Shown: positions 29,799 to 40,151, counted from the stretch's first letter. The stretch: DNA of 64,000 nucleotides from Thermoprotei archaeon (GCA_021162845.1 JAGGXX010000007.1:11361-75360), one strand, 5' to 3'. Notes: a model not told the origin generated them from the sequence alone. Numbers and translations are program-made.

Positions 29799-30190
29799 TT
29801 ACCCTATCCCTACATTATGAGGAATAAGCTTATAATCGTCTGCTGCTGAGAACACCTAAGTCCGAGCCCGATGCATTTGGATATTATGGAAAATTAGTAA
29901 AATGAGATTAACAATAACTGTCATCACTCCATACTGCTAGCGGAGAAGAGTAATTACAGGTACTGATGTAGCTTTTCCCATAGATAATTCCAGTCAAGGT
30001 CTTAGTATACGGCTAGCCATCCTGTGATGACTATGATTTTAAGGAGAACTACGATGTAGCTATTGAGGTTAATGGTAATGGAGTCAGGTTCCTTTCTTCA
30101 GAAATCACACATTTTCGTAATATGGCTTATAGATTCTTAATAAGGATCAGGTTTTAAATTTATTATAACTAAGAATATTAACGATGATTT

Positions 30191-33115
30191 ATGCCTCTTT
30201 CATATTACCTACCTAAGGAGATAAAGCGTGAAGACATTTACCATGAAGACTGGATAGACTTCAATAAAAACGGTGTTAAAGATCCCTACGAAGATCAGAG
30301 CTTACCTTTAGACGAAAGAGTTGAAGATCTTTTATCGAGGATGACTATTGAGGAGAAGGTAGCTCAACTGAGATCGAGTTTTAACCCTGAGAACATAGTG
30401 GGGAACCTTTCATGCGTATTAAGAGGGCATCCGCCTAGGGAGGGAGCACTCAGGGCTAATGAGATTCAACGAAAGTATATAGAGGAGACGCGCCTTGGGA
30501 TCCCCGTGATAATTCACGATGAAAGCCTTCATGGCTGTATGGCTAAGTTCTCCACGGTATTTCCTCAGGCCATAGCCCTAGCAGCTACATGGGATCCAGA
30601 CCTCGTCTATAGGGTTGCTAAGGCAATCGCTAGGGAAACTAGGTCGAGGGGGATTCACCACGTGCTGGCTCCTGTGGTAAATATAGCAAGAGATGTAAGG
30701 GCCGGTAGGACCGAGGAAACATATGGTGAAGATCCCCACCTGACATCCACAATGGCCTACGCCTATTGTAAGGCGTTTAAAGAGGAGAACGTGATAACCA
30801 CGCCGAAACATTACATAATGAACTTCGTAGGCGATGGTGGTAGGGATAGTCATGAGATACACTTGTCGGAGAGGATAATTAGGGAGACGGAGTTACCCGC
30901 ATATATGGCAGCGATAAAAGCTGGGGCTCTATCGATAATGGCAGCATATAACTCTATTGATGGAGTGCCATGTTCATGTAATAAGTTCTGGTTGACTGAA
31001 GTCCTCAGGTGGGAGCTAGGATTTAAGGGATTTGTGGTATCGGACTATGGATCAGTAGGCGGGATACTATGGAAACATTACATCACTAACAAACCTGAGG
31101 AAGTCGCGAAGCTCGCATTAGATGCTGGATTAGACGTAGAGTTACCTGAAATTTACATATACGGTGATCCATTGCTTAAAGCCGTAAAGGAGGGCCTCAT
31201 CGATGAAGAGACATTGAATGAAGCAGTGAGAAGGGTTCTTAGAACTAAGTTCCTAATAGGTCTCTTCGATAAGCCTTATGTGAACCCTGATGAAGCAGAG
31301 GTAGTATGTAATTCTAAGGAACATAGGGAGCTAGCGCTGGAGGCCGCCAGGAAGGCAATAGTCCTTCTTAAGAATGAAGGTGGCATACTACCATTGGATA
31401 AGAGCAGGATAAGATCGATTGCAATCTTAGGTCCCCTCTCAGATACGATGAGGCTTGGTGGTTATAGCGGTATACCTAAGACCGCGATATCACCGCTTGA
31501 TGGTATAAAGGAGAAGCTCAAAGGGACGAGTATAGTCGTGAACCACGCAAAGGGCTGCCCGCTGGATATGGATCCTGACCTACCGATCCCTATATACTGC
31601 TTCTCGCCTCCAGGCCAGCCTGAGCGTCATGGGCTAAGAGGGGAATATTTCGATAACCCGGATCTTAGGGGAGCTCCTATAGGGACTAAGATCGACGCGC
31701 CATGGGAAGGCTTCATGAGATTTGACTGGGGCTACGGTCCGCCACCGCCATACCCTGGATTACCCAGTGATAAGTATTCCGTGAGATGGACGGGGAAGAT
31801 AAAGCCTCCTGAAACCGCGACGTACGAATTCAAGATAACTGCTTGCGGTGGTGGCGTGAGGTTATGGATAGATGGAAAACTACTGATAGATTCCTGGGAT
31901 AGGCCTGCAAGTATACCTAAATCAGCTAGAATCGAGTTAGAAGCTGGAAAGGAGTATGACATAAGGATAGAGTACAGGAAGATCGGAGTAGGCTATGCGT
32001 ACATAAAGCTCGGATGGGATATAGTCGGGATCACTGAGAACATGAGGAGGGCTATCGAGCTTGCAAAGAAGTCCGATGTGGCTGTGATATTCGTGGGGAT
32101 AGTGGAAGGCGAGCAAAAGGATAGGGCCTCATTAAGACTACCTAGGCTTCAGGAGCAATTGATAGAGGAGGTCTACAAGGTGAACAAGAATACCATCGTG
32201 GTACTAATAGCGGGGAGTGCAGTAACCGGAGATTGGATACGCTACGTACCCGCGATACTGCAGGCATGGTATCCGGGGCAAGAAGGCGGTCTTGCGATAG
32301 CTGATGTGCTCTTTGGTGATTACAATCCAGCGGGAAGGTTACCGATTACATGGCCTAGACATGAGGGGCAATTACCCTTATACTATAACTTTAAGCCATC
32401 AGGAAGGGTATATGATTACGTAAATATGCCTCCTACGCCGCTGTTCCCCTTTGGCCATGGTTTAAGTTATACGGAATTCAACTACAGTAATTTAAGGATT
32501 GAAGTCGATGAGAAGGCCCGGGTCGTGAAGGTAAGTGTTGACATAGAGAACGTTGGTGATAGAGAAGGCGACGAAGTGGTTCAGCTCTACATACGAGATA
32601 AGACATCAAGTATAGCAAGGCCGTTTAGGGAATTGAGAGGGTTCAAGAGGATAACGTTAAAGCCAAAGGAGAAGAAGACCGTGACCTTCGTGCTTAAGCC
32701 GGATGACCTAGCGATGTACGATCAAGATATGAGACGCGTAGTGGAGCCTGGTGAATTCGAGGTGCTGATAGGCGCCTCGTCAGAGGACATAAGATTAGTC
32801 GGGTCCTTTAACGTAAAGGAGTGCATAAGAGGTAGGTCTAAGGTGAGCTTGGGGCTGGGAGGGAGCTTAACGGTGAAGAGAGGCGAGGTATTGAAGGTTC
32901 CAGTTAAGGTGAAGAATGAAGGCTTAGTCACTGATCTGATACCCATAACCCTTTACGTCGATTCAAGAGAAGTTGAGCGACATAGGGTCTATCTGGAGCC
33001 CAATGAAGAGCGACTAATCGAATTTAAGGTAAAGCTGATGGAGGAAGGGATGAGAGAGATAACCGTAGCATCCCCTGAATCGGCATCAACGATAATGGTG
33101 AGAGTTGCTAAGTAA
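30191..33115 (+). CDS. GH3 beta-glucosidase/beta-xylosidase with PA14 insertion, Fn3-like and C-terminal CARDB-like domains
   Basis: RLGIP, E.LHG, GR.EETYGED, KHY, VVSDY nucleophile, LLKN, PA14 (GEYF.N, SVRWTG, LWIDG), PFGHGLSY, EVVQLY. Confidence 0.93.
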   Translation: MPLSYYLPKEIKREDIYHEDWIDFNKNGVKDPYEDQSLPLDERVEDLLSRMTIEEKVAQLRSSFNPENIVGNLSCVLRGHPPREGALRANEIQRKYIEETRLGIPVIIHDESLHGCMAKFSTVFPQAIALAATWDPDLVYRVAKAIARETRSRGIHHVLAPVVNIARDVRAGRTEETYGEDPHLTSTMAYAYCKAFKEENVITTPKHYIMNFVGDGGRDSHEIHLSERIIRETELPAYMAAIKAGALSIMAAYNSIDGVPCSCNKFWLTEVLRWELGFKGFVVSDYGSVGGILWKHYITNKPEEVAKLALDAGLDVELPEIYIYGDPLLKAVKEGLIDEETLNEAVRRVLRTKFLIGLFDKPYVNPDEAEVVCNSKEHRELALEAARKAIVLLKNEGGILPLDKSRIRSIAILGPLSDTMRLGGYSGIPKTAISPLDGIKEKLKGTSIVVNHAKGCPLDMDPDLPIPIYCFSPPGQPERHGLRGEYFDNPDLRGAPIGTKIDAPWEGFMRFDWGYGPPPPYPGLPSDKYSVRWTGKIKPPETATYEFKITACGGGVRLWIDGKLLIDSWDRPASIPKSARIELEAGKEYDIRIEYRKIGVGYAYIKLGWDIVGITENMRRAIELAKKSDVAVIFVGIVEGEQKDRASLRLPRLQEQLIEEVYKVNKNTIVVLIAGSAVTGDWIRYVPAILQAWYPGQEGGLAIADVLFGDYNPAGRLPITWPRHEGQLPLYYNFKPSGRVYDYVNMPPTPLFPFGHGLSYTEFNYSNLRIEVDEKARVVKVSVDIENVGDREGDEVVQLYIRDKTSSIARPFRELRGFKRITLKPKEKKTVTFVLKPDDLAMYDQDMRRVVEPGEFEVLIGASSEDIRLVGSFNVKECIRGRSKVSLGLGGSLTVKRGEVLKVPVKVKNEGLVTDLIPITLYVDSREVERHRVYLEPNEERLIEFKVKLMEEGMREITVASPESASTIMVRVAK

Positions 33116-33560
33116 TCCCTCATCTCAAGTGAATAAAGGGAGATGATGAACTCAAGCGAAGCTTGTATGATGTCATCAAAAAATTTCCCCCTCATGAACG
33201 TTTTTATCAGCCTTAACAGGTCGTTCACCCGGAAGGCCTATTGAGTATTTGTAATTGCTGTTCGAGAAGTGACATATGAGAGCGGTTCATGTAGGAGACC
33301 TCCTCATGGCCCCAGGCTCATCACTTTATGCCTCCATAGCTCCCTGCTAAAACTTAACACCTGTATTCCGAGCTCATCTATTGTGATGTCTGTTATTAGG
33401 GGCTAAGTTAATCCTTCCTGGATCACTAGATCCGTAACAATGCTCGAGATTTGATTCCAGAAGCATGTAATCGACTTTCCGTTAGCCCCTCAAATTAGCG
33501 GTTTACGAGTCCCTAAGCTCATATCATGGTATTTAAAGAATAGCAAGTGAGGGACGTACG

Positions 33561-36500
33561 TTGAGCATCATGAGGCTTCCTGAACAAGCCCATGGGATAT
33601 TGTTAGCAACACTCTTAATCTGCATGCTCCTCTTTATACCTAAGGCCATAGGCGTTGGCATGTCAAGTCACGGGGGCATAAGGTCGGCTTTCGACCCGAG
33701 GCTTATACATGAGGGAGGATGGTGCAAGAAGCCCTTCTGGGTCTTAAGAAGTGCTGCGAGCCCGGCCTGGCTCATGAGAGCTAGGAGTCACAGGATCTTA
33801 TTCTTTTACAACATTAGGGAGCATGGGAAAGGCCCACCTACCTGTCTATTCGTAATGACTCGGCATGGGGTAAAGATGATAGAGAGAGGAGGATGGATCA
33901 GGGGGGAGGAAATCGTTAAGCCGTGGATTGTTGTAAGCTTCACGGGAGCTGAGGGATGGAATCTCTTTGACGTTCCATGGCTCATATACCTACAGAGGAG
34001 GCCCCTCCTGATAAGGCTCACGGAAGATTATCTCGAGATATCATTTAGGGAGAATGATACCGGGTACATATGCGCGATGCCCCTTTTCGGCTACCTTAAA
34101 GTTCCTCAAGAGGGCAAGAGGAATTCGCCAATATTCGGTTCTAAGGCCAGATCCATAAGGACTTGGGAATGGAGGGAGAAGGGGACGTTGCCTGATGATG
34201 TTGTTAGAAGGTGTGAGTTCTGGCGTAGAACGTTTCTCCGTTATCCTGCTGGCATGTGGGAGACCTTCTCTGTTGATAGAAGTAAAGACCTGATCATTAT
34301 TAAAGAGAGATATGAGTGGCTATGTTTCAATGATGATTGGGGTACTAAGCCCCTCAAGTTCGCCGCCATATCTCCAACGTTAGCCCTAGCATGTCTTTAT
34401 GGGTTCCCCGTCGAGCTATCCCACGAACTCCATGACCCGGACCTCTATACGCCATATGGACCGTTAATGGGGGCCTTAGGAACCGATGTTATTGAGATGA
34501 AGTTCAAGGTCCTGCAGTACATAAACGAAATGGAGAAGCCTAAGATGCCTGATCCAAGTAACGAGATTGCGATGAGAGCTATTAAGAGGCTTAGGAGCGT
34601 CATGAGGTCGCGCTTCCCCAGATCAGGGGAGTTCGATATAGACCATAGAGGGGGTATCTGGACTAGAAAGCCACAGGAGACGAATTACTGTTGGGCCGTG
34701 ATGGGGGATATCTGGTACTGTAGAGCTCTTCCATATCTTGATGAAGAGACCAGAGAAGTCGTAAAATCATGCCTCAGGAGGTACTTCAAGGACTATGTGC
34801 TGACCCTTAAGCCGTATGATCCACATAGGGGTAAGCTACTACTTCACGGTCCAGGGATAGGTTCTTGGGGAAGCTGGGGAGATGCCGGAAAGTTCTCCAC
34901 CAACTTACTGCAGACGATATGGGCCTATGCTCAGTTCACTGGTGATTGGAATTTGATCAGGGAGAGGTGGAGCCTTATCAAGAGATTCTTCATTCTTCCC
35001 GAGGAGGTGAGGTGGCAGGGGTGGGGGAGATATGCTATAGCCGAGCTAGGGGACATGGCCCCTTCATGTATAGCCATGGCCCGTATGGCGTGGATGGTTG
35101 GCGATATGGACCACTATGACTTCGCGTCCTACTGCTTTGCTAAGGAGTTAGTCGTGCATTTCGTCATGTCCCTCGGAGCCCGATACTTCTATGAGTACAG
35201 ACCTCATGATAGACCTGAGCCCATGGGTGAAGTGGTGTTCTTGACCAACATATGGGGCGAGACTGCTGGATGGCAGATAGACGGCCCGAGATATCCTAAA
35301 GAGACGCTGGAAAGGCAATATCTGAACAGATGGGTTAGGTTTCAATGCCCAGATACCGCGAGGTTTTATCGTGATGTAAAGGCACTTCGCTGGGCTGTCG
35401 AAGGAGAACTCAACGACCCGGAGCTCGGATGGGAAAGGTTCAGAGATCATATGTGCGTAGATGACTCTCACATTCTTCCTTCATTCGTTAGAATAAGGTC
35501 TCTCCTGCTCGATGAGCCTCCTGGGAAGCTTGCGGAGATATGTAGACCTGAGGACATGAGGGGGCCTCCTTCGGGGATCGTGGCATCCATGATAGCATAC
35601 ATTAGGACCTCGACACCGCATGAATATGTGCGCATAATCCCCAAGGAGGGGCGTCCCTCTGAATTCGCTCCTGGGTTGGATCGAACTGGGGGATGGGAGT
35701 ACGGTGTAGTAGAGCCTATACATGATTCAGACCTAGTGATGACTATCAGGGGGCCTTGGGCTATCCCTGTCTGGAGGTTTTGGGGCGATAATGGTAGTGA
35801 CCTGTACTTTGGCTCCATAACGCCCTTCCCGGATATGAGTGAGGGCTACGTTGAGGAGGTAGTGCTTAGTTGGATAAGCTCTGTAAGGACATTTGAGCCG
35901 GTTAAGCCGAGAAGTCTCTCAGAGGAAGAACTCGTGAAGCTACTTCACGGGGAAAAGGAGATTAAGTGGCTATTGATAGGCCCCTTTCCTAATCGGATGG
36001 ACAAGTCGTTAATAAAGGACGCATACCCTCCTGAAGTTAAGATGAACACATCCTATGTACTCGGGGATAAGACCTACAGATGGGTTGAGGTAAGAGGCGT
36101 CGTATTCGATTTACATGAGCTCTTAAGCACTGATCATGGCATAGCGTACATACTTAACTATGTCTTCAGTCCAAGCGAGAGAAAGGCCTACCTGCTTGTG
36201 GGCACAAGTGGGGGCTGTAGGGTATGGGTAAATAATGAGCTTATGTTTAGCTGGCATAGGAGGCATGAGCCCTTTAGGAAAGATAAATTCCGTGTTATAG
36301 TCCACTTAAGAAGAGGATGGAATAAGATATTAGTAAAGATAGAGGGGGCCTGGGGATACTGGAGAGCTTCATGTAGGATAACATACGGTGACGGCATGCC
36401 CTTCGGGGATCTCGTTTTTGATCCCTATCATGGGTTCAAAGGGCCGAGGACGTCCATGGTTAAAGTCAAGAGCTTATTTATCGAGCCCAGAGAAGTCTTT

Positions 36501-36830
36501 CCTAGCGAAGTGATCACCGTTAGAGCGCGCTTAGTGAACATCAGCAATAGGACAATGCGACATACCATATACCTATTAGTGGACAATAGATTGCTCTCAT
36601 CAAAGGAGATCGAATTAAGGGCTAATAAGAGCATGGAGCTCATTTTCACTATAGATACAGAGGAGCTCAATGAAGGAGCTCATTATGTGGTGGTGGATGA
36701 TGTCCGAGAGAGCTTCGTGATTAAGAGAGGGAATACCCTGACAGTCTGCGCTCCAATAGCCGTCATTATTGTAACTGCGATAATCATCCTGGCATTGGCT
36801 TTAAGAAGGGTGAGGAATAAAGAGGCGTAA
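33561..36830 (+). CDS. secreted, C-terminally membrane-anchored multidomain protein (putative glycoside hydrolase)
   Basis: N-terminal signal-like hydrophobic stretch; Trp-rich helical core (IWAYAQFTGDW..IRERW); beta-sandwich (WLLIGPFPN...AY...SP..R...VWVN...L..GWN.ILVK); CARDB-like domain; TM + basic tail. Confidence 0.75.
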   Translation: MSIMRLPEQAHGILLATLLICMLLFIPKAIGVGMSSHGGIRSAFDPRLIHEGGWCKKPFWVLRSAASPAWLMRARSHRILFFYNIREHGKGPPTCLFVMTRHGVKMIERGGWIRGEEIVKPWIVVSFTGAEGWNLFDVPWLIYLQRRPLLIRLTEDYLEISFRENDTGYICAMPLFGYLKVPQEGKRNSPIFGSKARSIRTWEWREKGTLPDDVVRRCEFWRRTFLRYPAGMWETFSVDRSKDLIIIKERYEWLCFNDDWGTKPLKFAAISPTLALACLYGFPVELSHELHDPDLYTPYGPLMGALGTDVIEMKFKVLQYINEMEKPKMPDPSNEIAMRAIKRLRSVMRSRFPRSGEFDIDHRGGIWTRKPQETNYCWAVMGDIWYCRALPYLDEETREVVKSCLRRYFKDYVLTLKPYDPHRGKLLLHGPGIGSWGSWGDAGKFSTNLLQTIWAYAQFTGDWNLIRERWSLIKRFFILPEEVRWQGWGRYAIAELGDMAPSCIAMARMAWMVGDMDHYDFASYCFAKELVVHFVMSLGARYFYEYRPHDRPEPMGEVVFLTNIWGETAGWQIDGPRYPKETLERQYLNRWVRFQCPDTARFYRDVKALRWAVEGELNDPELGWERFRDHMCVDDSHILPSFVRIRSLLLDEPPGKLAEICRPEDMRGPPSGIVASMIAYIRTSTPHEYVRIIPKEGRPSEFAPGLDRTGGWEYGVVEPIHDSDLVMTIRGPWAIPVWRFWGDNGSDLYFGSITPFPDMSEGYVEEVVLSWISSVRTFEPVKPRSLSEEELVKLLHGEKEIKWLLIGPFPNRMDKSLIKDAYPPEVKMNTSYVLGDKTYRWVEVRGVVFDLHELLSTDHGIAYILNYVFSPSERKAYLLVGTSGGCRVWVNNELMFSWHRRHEPFRKDKFRVIVHLRRGWNKILVKIEGAWGYWRASCRITYGDGMPFGDLVFDPYHGFKGPRTSMVKVKSLFIEPREVFPSEVITVRARLVNISNRTMRHTIYLLVDNRLLSSKEIELRANKSMELIFTIDTEELNEGAHYVVVDDVRESFVIKRGNTLTVCAPIAVIIVTAIIILALALRRVRNKEA

Positions 36831-36932
36831 AACGCGATTTGATACAGAAAGCTACAAATTAACATTCCACTCGCATATGATGCCCTAGATCTTTAGGGTT
36901 AGCTATTTATTCACGTTAACAATTAGTTAATA

Positions 36933-37670
36933 GTGTGGATCCCTAGGTGGTTGGGCGAAGCATACTCGAAGCTGTTCGTGGAACTCGGAATAGAGCTCTT
37001 CAAGCTCGATGATGTCAAGAGAGTGCTAGGTGTTAGTGACTCTAGGGCTAGAGTCCTGGTATCTCATCTCCATAAAAGGGGTGTGCTCCTGGTCTTTGAG
37101 CGGAAGAGGCCTCGCCTCTATAGGTTGCTCTCGCCTGAGAACTTCCTTCTGCTAGCCTCGGGGAGAGTGAGGAGGGCTGAGGTTCCTCAGGAGAGGTACG
37201 TACAGTTGATCTACGACTGCTTTAGAGCGGTCGATAAGCTGATCAACCTCAAGTCCTTCGTAATCTATGGATCCGTGGCGAGGGGAGAAGCGTCCCCGAC
37301 CAGTGACCTAGATCTTCTGGTGATCTCTGATGACTTCAAGGGGAGCTTGGGCGAAAGGGTCGACTACCTGTTCCGTAACGTGAAGAAAGAGGTCAGTAAC
37401 GAACTGACATTCCTAAGGAAGCACGGGTATTACACGTTCCTCAGCTTCTATCCACTAAGAGGAGAGGAGGCCGAGAGGCTACCCCTGTTAATGCTCGACA
37501 TGGTAGAGGACGCCATAGTGATTTATGATGAAGGAATGTTCTTCGAAGGATTAATGAAAGCGCTCAGGCGGAAGTTAGCTGAGCTTGGAGCTGTGAGAAT
37601 TAAGGGGAAGAAGGGGATGTACTGGGACTTAAAGCCGGATTACAAGCCGTTCGAGGCGGTTCCATTATGA
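36933..37670 (+). CDS. MNT nucleotidyltransferase antitoxin with N-terminal winged-HTH
   Basis: N-terminal wHTH-like ~75 aa; IYGSVARG....SDLD; YWDLKP tail. Confidence 0.88.
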   Translation: MWIPRWLGEAYSKLFVELGIELFKLDDVKRVLGVSDSRARVLVSHLHKRGVLLVFERKRPRLYRLLSPENFLLLASGRVRRAEVPQERYVQLIYDCFRAVDKLINLKSFVIYGSVARGEASPTSDLDLLVISDDFKGSLGERVDYLFRNVKKEVSNELTFLRKHGYYTFLSFYPLRGEEAERLPLLMLDMVEDAIVIYDEGMFFEGLMKALRRKLAELGAVRIKGKKGMYWDLKPDYKPFEAVPL

Positions 37671-38101
37671 GATTGGTCAAAATGACTTCCTCCTATCTGA
37701 GACAGGCTCATAGCAGACTTAGAGATGCGGAGGAAGCGTTAATGGAGGGCAACTACCCATATGCTCTCAGGCTAAGCCAGGAGTGCGTTGAACTCTCCCT
37801 TAAAGCCTCGCTTAAGCTCACTGGCATAGAATACCCCAAGGTACATGACGTATCGGACGTACTACTCGACCATAAGGATAGGTTTCCGCACTGGTTTAAG
37901 GCTGAGATAGGATTCATGGCTGAAACCTCCTCAAGCTTAGCCGCAAAGAGGGAACTAGCCTTCTACGGGGGAGAAGAAGAGTTCCTGACACCTGAGGAAG
38001 TGATAAGCAGGAGGGAAGCTGTAGAAGCGGTAGAGAAGGCCAGAAGAGTCTATGATCTATGTTACAAGCTCCTCTCAGCTTACCTGGAAAAAGAGCGATA
38101 A
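37667..38101 (+). CDS. HEPN-domain toxin
   Basis: SQECVEL.LKA.L, EYPK.HDV, KRELAFYG; ATGA overlap with MNT. Confidence 0.9.
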   Translation: MRLVKMTSSYLRQAHSRLRDAEEALMEGNYPYALRLSQECVELSLKASLKLTGIEYPKVHDVSDVLLDHKDRFPHWFKAEIGFMAETSSSLAAKRELAFYGGEEEFLTPEEVISRREAVEAVEKARRVYDLCYKLLSAYLEKER

Positions 38102-38222
38102 CTCTGCTCAAGAATACATGCGTAACATCCGCCTAAGAGCGTGGAAAGCTGAGATAAAGAAAAGCAAGAGCAAGTGAATACGGGACAAAGGCTATCATAT
38201 ACATCTTAGGAAAATAGGTATT

Positions 38223-38248
38223 TATAGCCTTATTGCCATAAGGCTATA
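38223..38248. promoter_or_regulatory. TA autoregulatory operator overlapping the TATA box
   Basis: Perfect 11-bp inverted repeat TATAGCCTTAT-TGCC-ATAAGGCTATA, 10 nt upstream of the RHH antitoxin start. Confidence 0.7.
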
Positions 38249-38258
38249 TGGTCTGATT

Positions 38259-38534
38259 ATGATTAGAGCTAAGATTGATGAGAGACTTGAACGTAAGTTC
38301 AGAGAACTTGCTATGAAAAAATTCGGATATGGTAAAGGTTCTCTTACAAGAGCTGTAGAGGAGGCCATTTTAAGGTGGATAGCCACTGCGGAAAGGGAAA
38401 TTATAGAGTTCGAAGGCGACCCAGTGATGGCTATCGATGGTCTTCTCTTAGATATTGATGTCGATTCCGTTGAGCTTCAGCATAAAATAAGAGATTTATG
38501 GGCATGGAGGCCTTCAGAGGATGTACCTAGTTGA
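38259..38534 (+). CDS. vapB: RHH-type VapB antitoxin
   Basis: I...LE.KFRE.AM..FGY.KG.L..A.EEAI..W; overlaps vapC. Confidence 0.8.
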   Translation: MIRAKIDERLERKFRELAMKKFGYGKGSLTRAVEEAILRWIATAEREIIEFEGDPVMAIDGLLLDIDVDSVELQHKIRDLWAWRPSEDVPS

Positions 38535-38931
38535 CACAAATATATTCTTAGAGGTCATGCTTTCGCGAGGCAAGAAAGAAGATTGCAAGGTATTTCTTAG
38601 GGAGCTATGGAAGGGAACCATAAAGGGCATTGTGACAGACTTTACGGTGCACTCGATAATAGTCCTTATGGACAGACTCAGGAAACTAGATGCATTAGAG
38701 GTATTTCTTAAAAGTTTAAGTGCTTACAGGGGACTGTATATCTACCCTACATCCTTAAGCGATGAGCTGAGGGCTATCAAGCTATCTAAGGGAAGAGGCC
38801 TCGATATGGATGATGCCATACAATACGCGGTAGCCCTATCAATAGGTGCCGACGCCATAATCTCATTTGATAAGGACTTCGATGGCTTAGAAATACCAAG
38901 AAAGGAGCCTAACCAAGTAGTCAGCCTATAA
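38521..38931 (+). CDS. vapC: PIN-domain VapC toxin
   Basis: YLVDTNIFLE, DDA.QY..A, ISFD.DFD. Confidence 0.92.
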   Translation: MYLVDTNIFLEVMLSRGKKEDCKVFLRELWKGTIKGIVTDFTVHSIIVLMDRLRKLDALEVFLKSLSAYRGLYIYPTSLSDELRAIKLSKGRGLDMDDAIQYAVALSIGADAIISFDKDFDGLEIPRKEPNQVVSL

Positions 38932-39045
38932 GCTGCCAAGGCCTTTACAGGGAGAAGCTCATTGCACAGGCTGTCGAGAACCTTAGAGTGCCCCTTATTC
39001 CTCCGACTTTCCTGTTAAGGGTAATGGCTTATAGCAATCCTGAGA

Positions 39046-39277
39046 TCCTTTAGCCCCCTTAAGGAATTAAAGGGCTATCTATGGGGCCGCTCAAGGCCGC
39101 GAACTTTTATTATTGCCTTCTCCCCTCGAACCCCCTCTGGCTACAACTTACTTGAGTGTTAGATTCTAAAATTAGAAAGAACAGGAATTTTAGAATCTAA
39201 CACTATTCATGGAGCTCATAATTTAGCGTATGAACTCGAGCTAGTCGAGTTTAACCCTCCTTTAGCTCCCCTTAAGG
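39046..39277. repeat. pair of ~19-20-bp direct repeats flanking a perfect 19-bp inverted repeat
   Basis: TCCTTTAGC(T)CCCCTTAAGG at 39046-39064 and 39258-39277; AGTGTTAGATTCTAAAATT-N12-AATTTTAGAATCTAACACT at 39155-39204. Confidence 0.85.
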
Positions 39278-39279
39278 CC

Positions 39280-39999
39280 TTAGCTCCTTAGACGGAGCAA
39301 TATCTCCAGGAACTCCCTAGCATTATCCAGCATATCATGGTCGTTATTAAAGAACGCATAAACGCGGGTCCCATTAAGCCTTAAAAGTGAAGTAGCTACA
39401 TGAATCAACTCGTCACGAGAATAACGATAAGCATACCACGCACCTCGTCCATGCATCCTCAAGTACACGTATGGCCCGCTTCTCACGTAAAAGCAACCTA
39501 TTGGACTATCTATGCTGACCACTGTGAACCGCAGCTCCCTCCCCAGACCTATCCACTCCTCCTTAAACCACGTAGGATCCCGCCACTCGACGGCTAACGT
39601 ATATCCCAAATTAACGTGCTCCACAAAGCGCTCCAGCCTTCTAAGATGCTCATCGTCGGGTTTGAACCTAGGGGGTAACTGAAGGAGGAAGAAGTCTATA
39701 TACTCCTCTAAAGGCTGAAAAAGCCTGTGAAATCTATCCCAAAGCCCTAACGCCCTATCCTTAAGCATATATACATGGGAGACGTACCTGTGGATTTTAA
39801 TTGCCCATCGCATACAGGGCGCCTTCTCGGTTCTCATCAACCAGCTTCTTACCATATTCGGGAATGGGAAACGGTAGAAGCTAGCGTTCAGCTCTACGGC
39901 GTTGAGACCGCTGTACCTCGCATACCACTTAAAACCATCGGGATTCCAGTCGTATGACCAACCGCTCGTGCCTACAAATACCGCTAAGCGCTTTTCCAT
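39280..39999 (-). CDS. DUF72 (YecE-like) family protein
   Basis: VGTSGW.Y.W, VELN.SFY, LLQLPP.F, E.R...W, Y.R.HG, Y.YS..EL, FFNND. Confidence 0.92.
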   Translation of the reverse strand: MEKRLAVFVGTSGWSYDWNPDGFKWYARYSGLNAVELNASFYRFPFPNMVRSWLMRTEKAPCMRWAIKIHRYVSHVYMLKDRALGLWDRFHRLFQPLEEYIDFFLLQLPPRFKPDDEHLRRLERFVEHVNLGYTLAVEWRDPTWFKEEWIGLGRELRFTVVSIDSPIGCFYVRSGPYVYLRMHGRGAWYAYRYSRDELIHVATSLLRLNGTRVYAFFNNDHDMLDNAREFLEILLRLRS

Positions 40000-40151
40000 G
40001 ATGGGAATTATCCACCTAGCGGTGTTAAATGCCTTTATGAGAGGAGATCACAAGCGTGTAACATGGGGTGATGGAGATTTCTCAGGCGAGATAAAAATAC
40101 CCAGCAGTTATGCTTATTTTCTACCACTATGAAATATAATTGGTAAAAAAT

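Noticed and set aside
39155-39204. Integron attC site (contains GTTAGAT = GTTRRRY and ATCTAAC = RYYYAAC)
   Set aside because: The boxes are in the reverse order for an attC, there are no extrahelical bases, only one copy is seen and no integrase is in the window. The arm/spacer geometry (19-12-19) also does not fit an 11-6-11 dif site.
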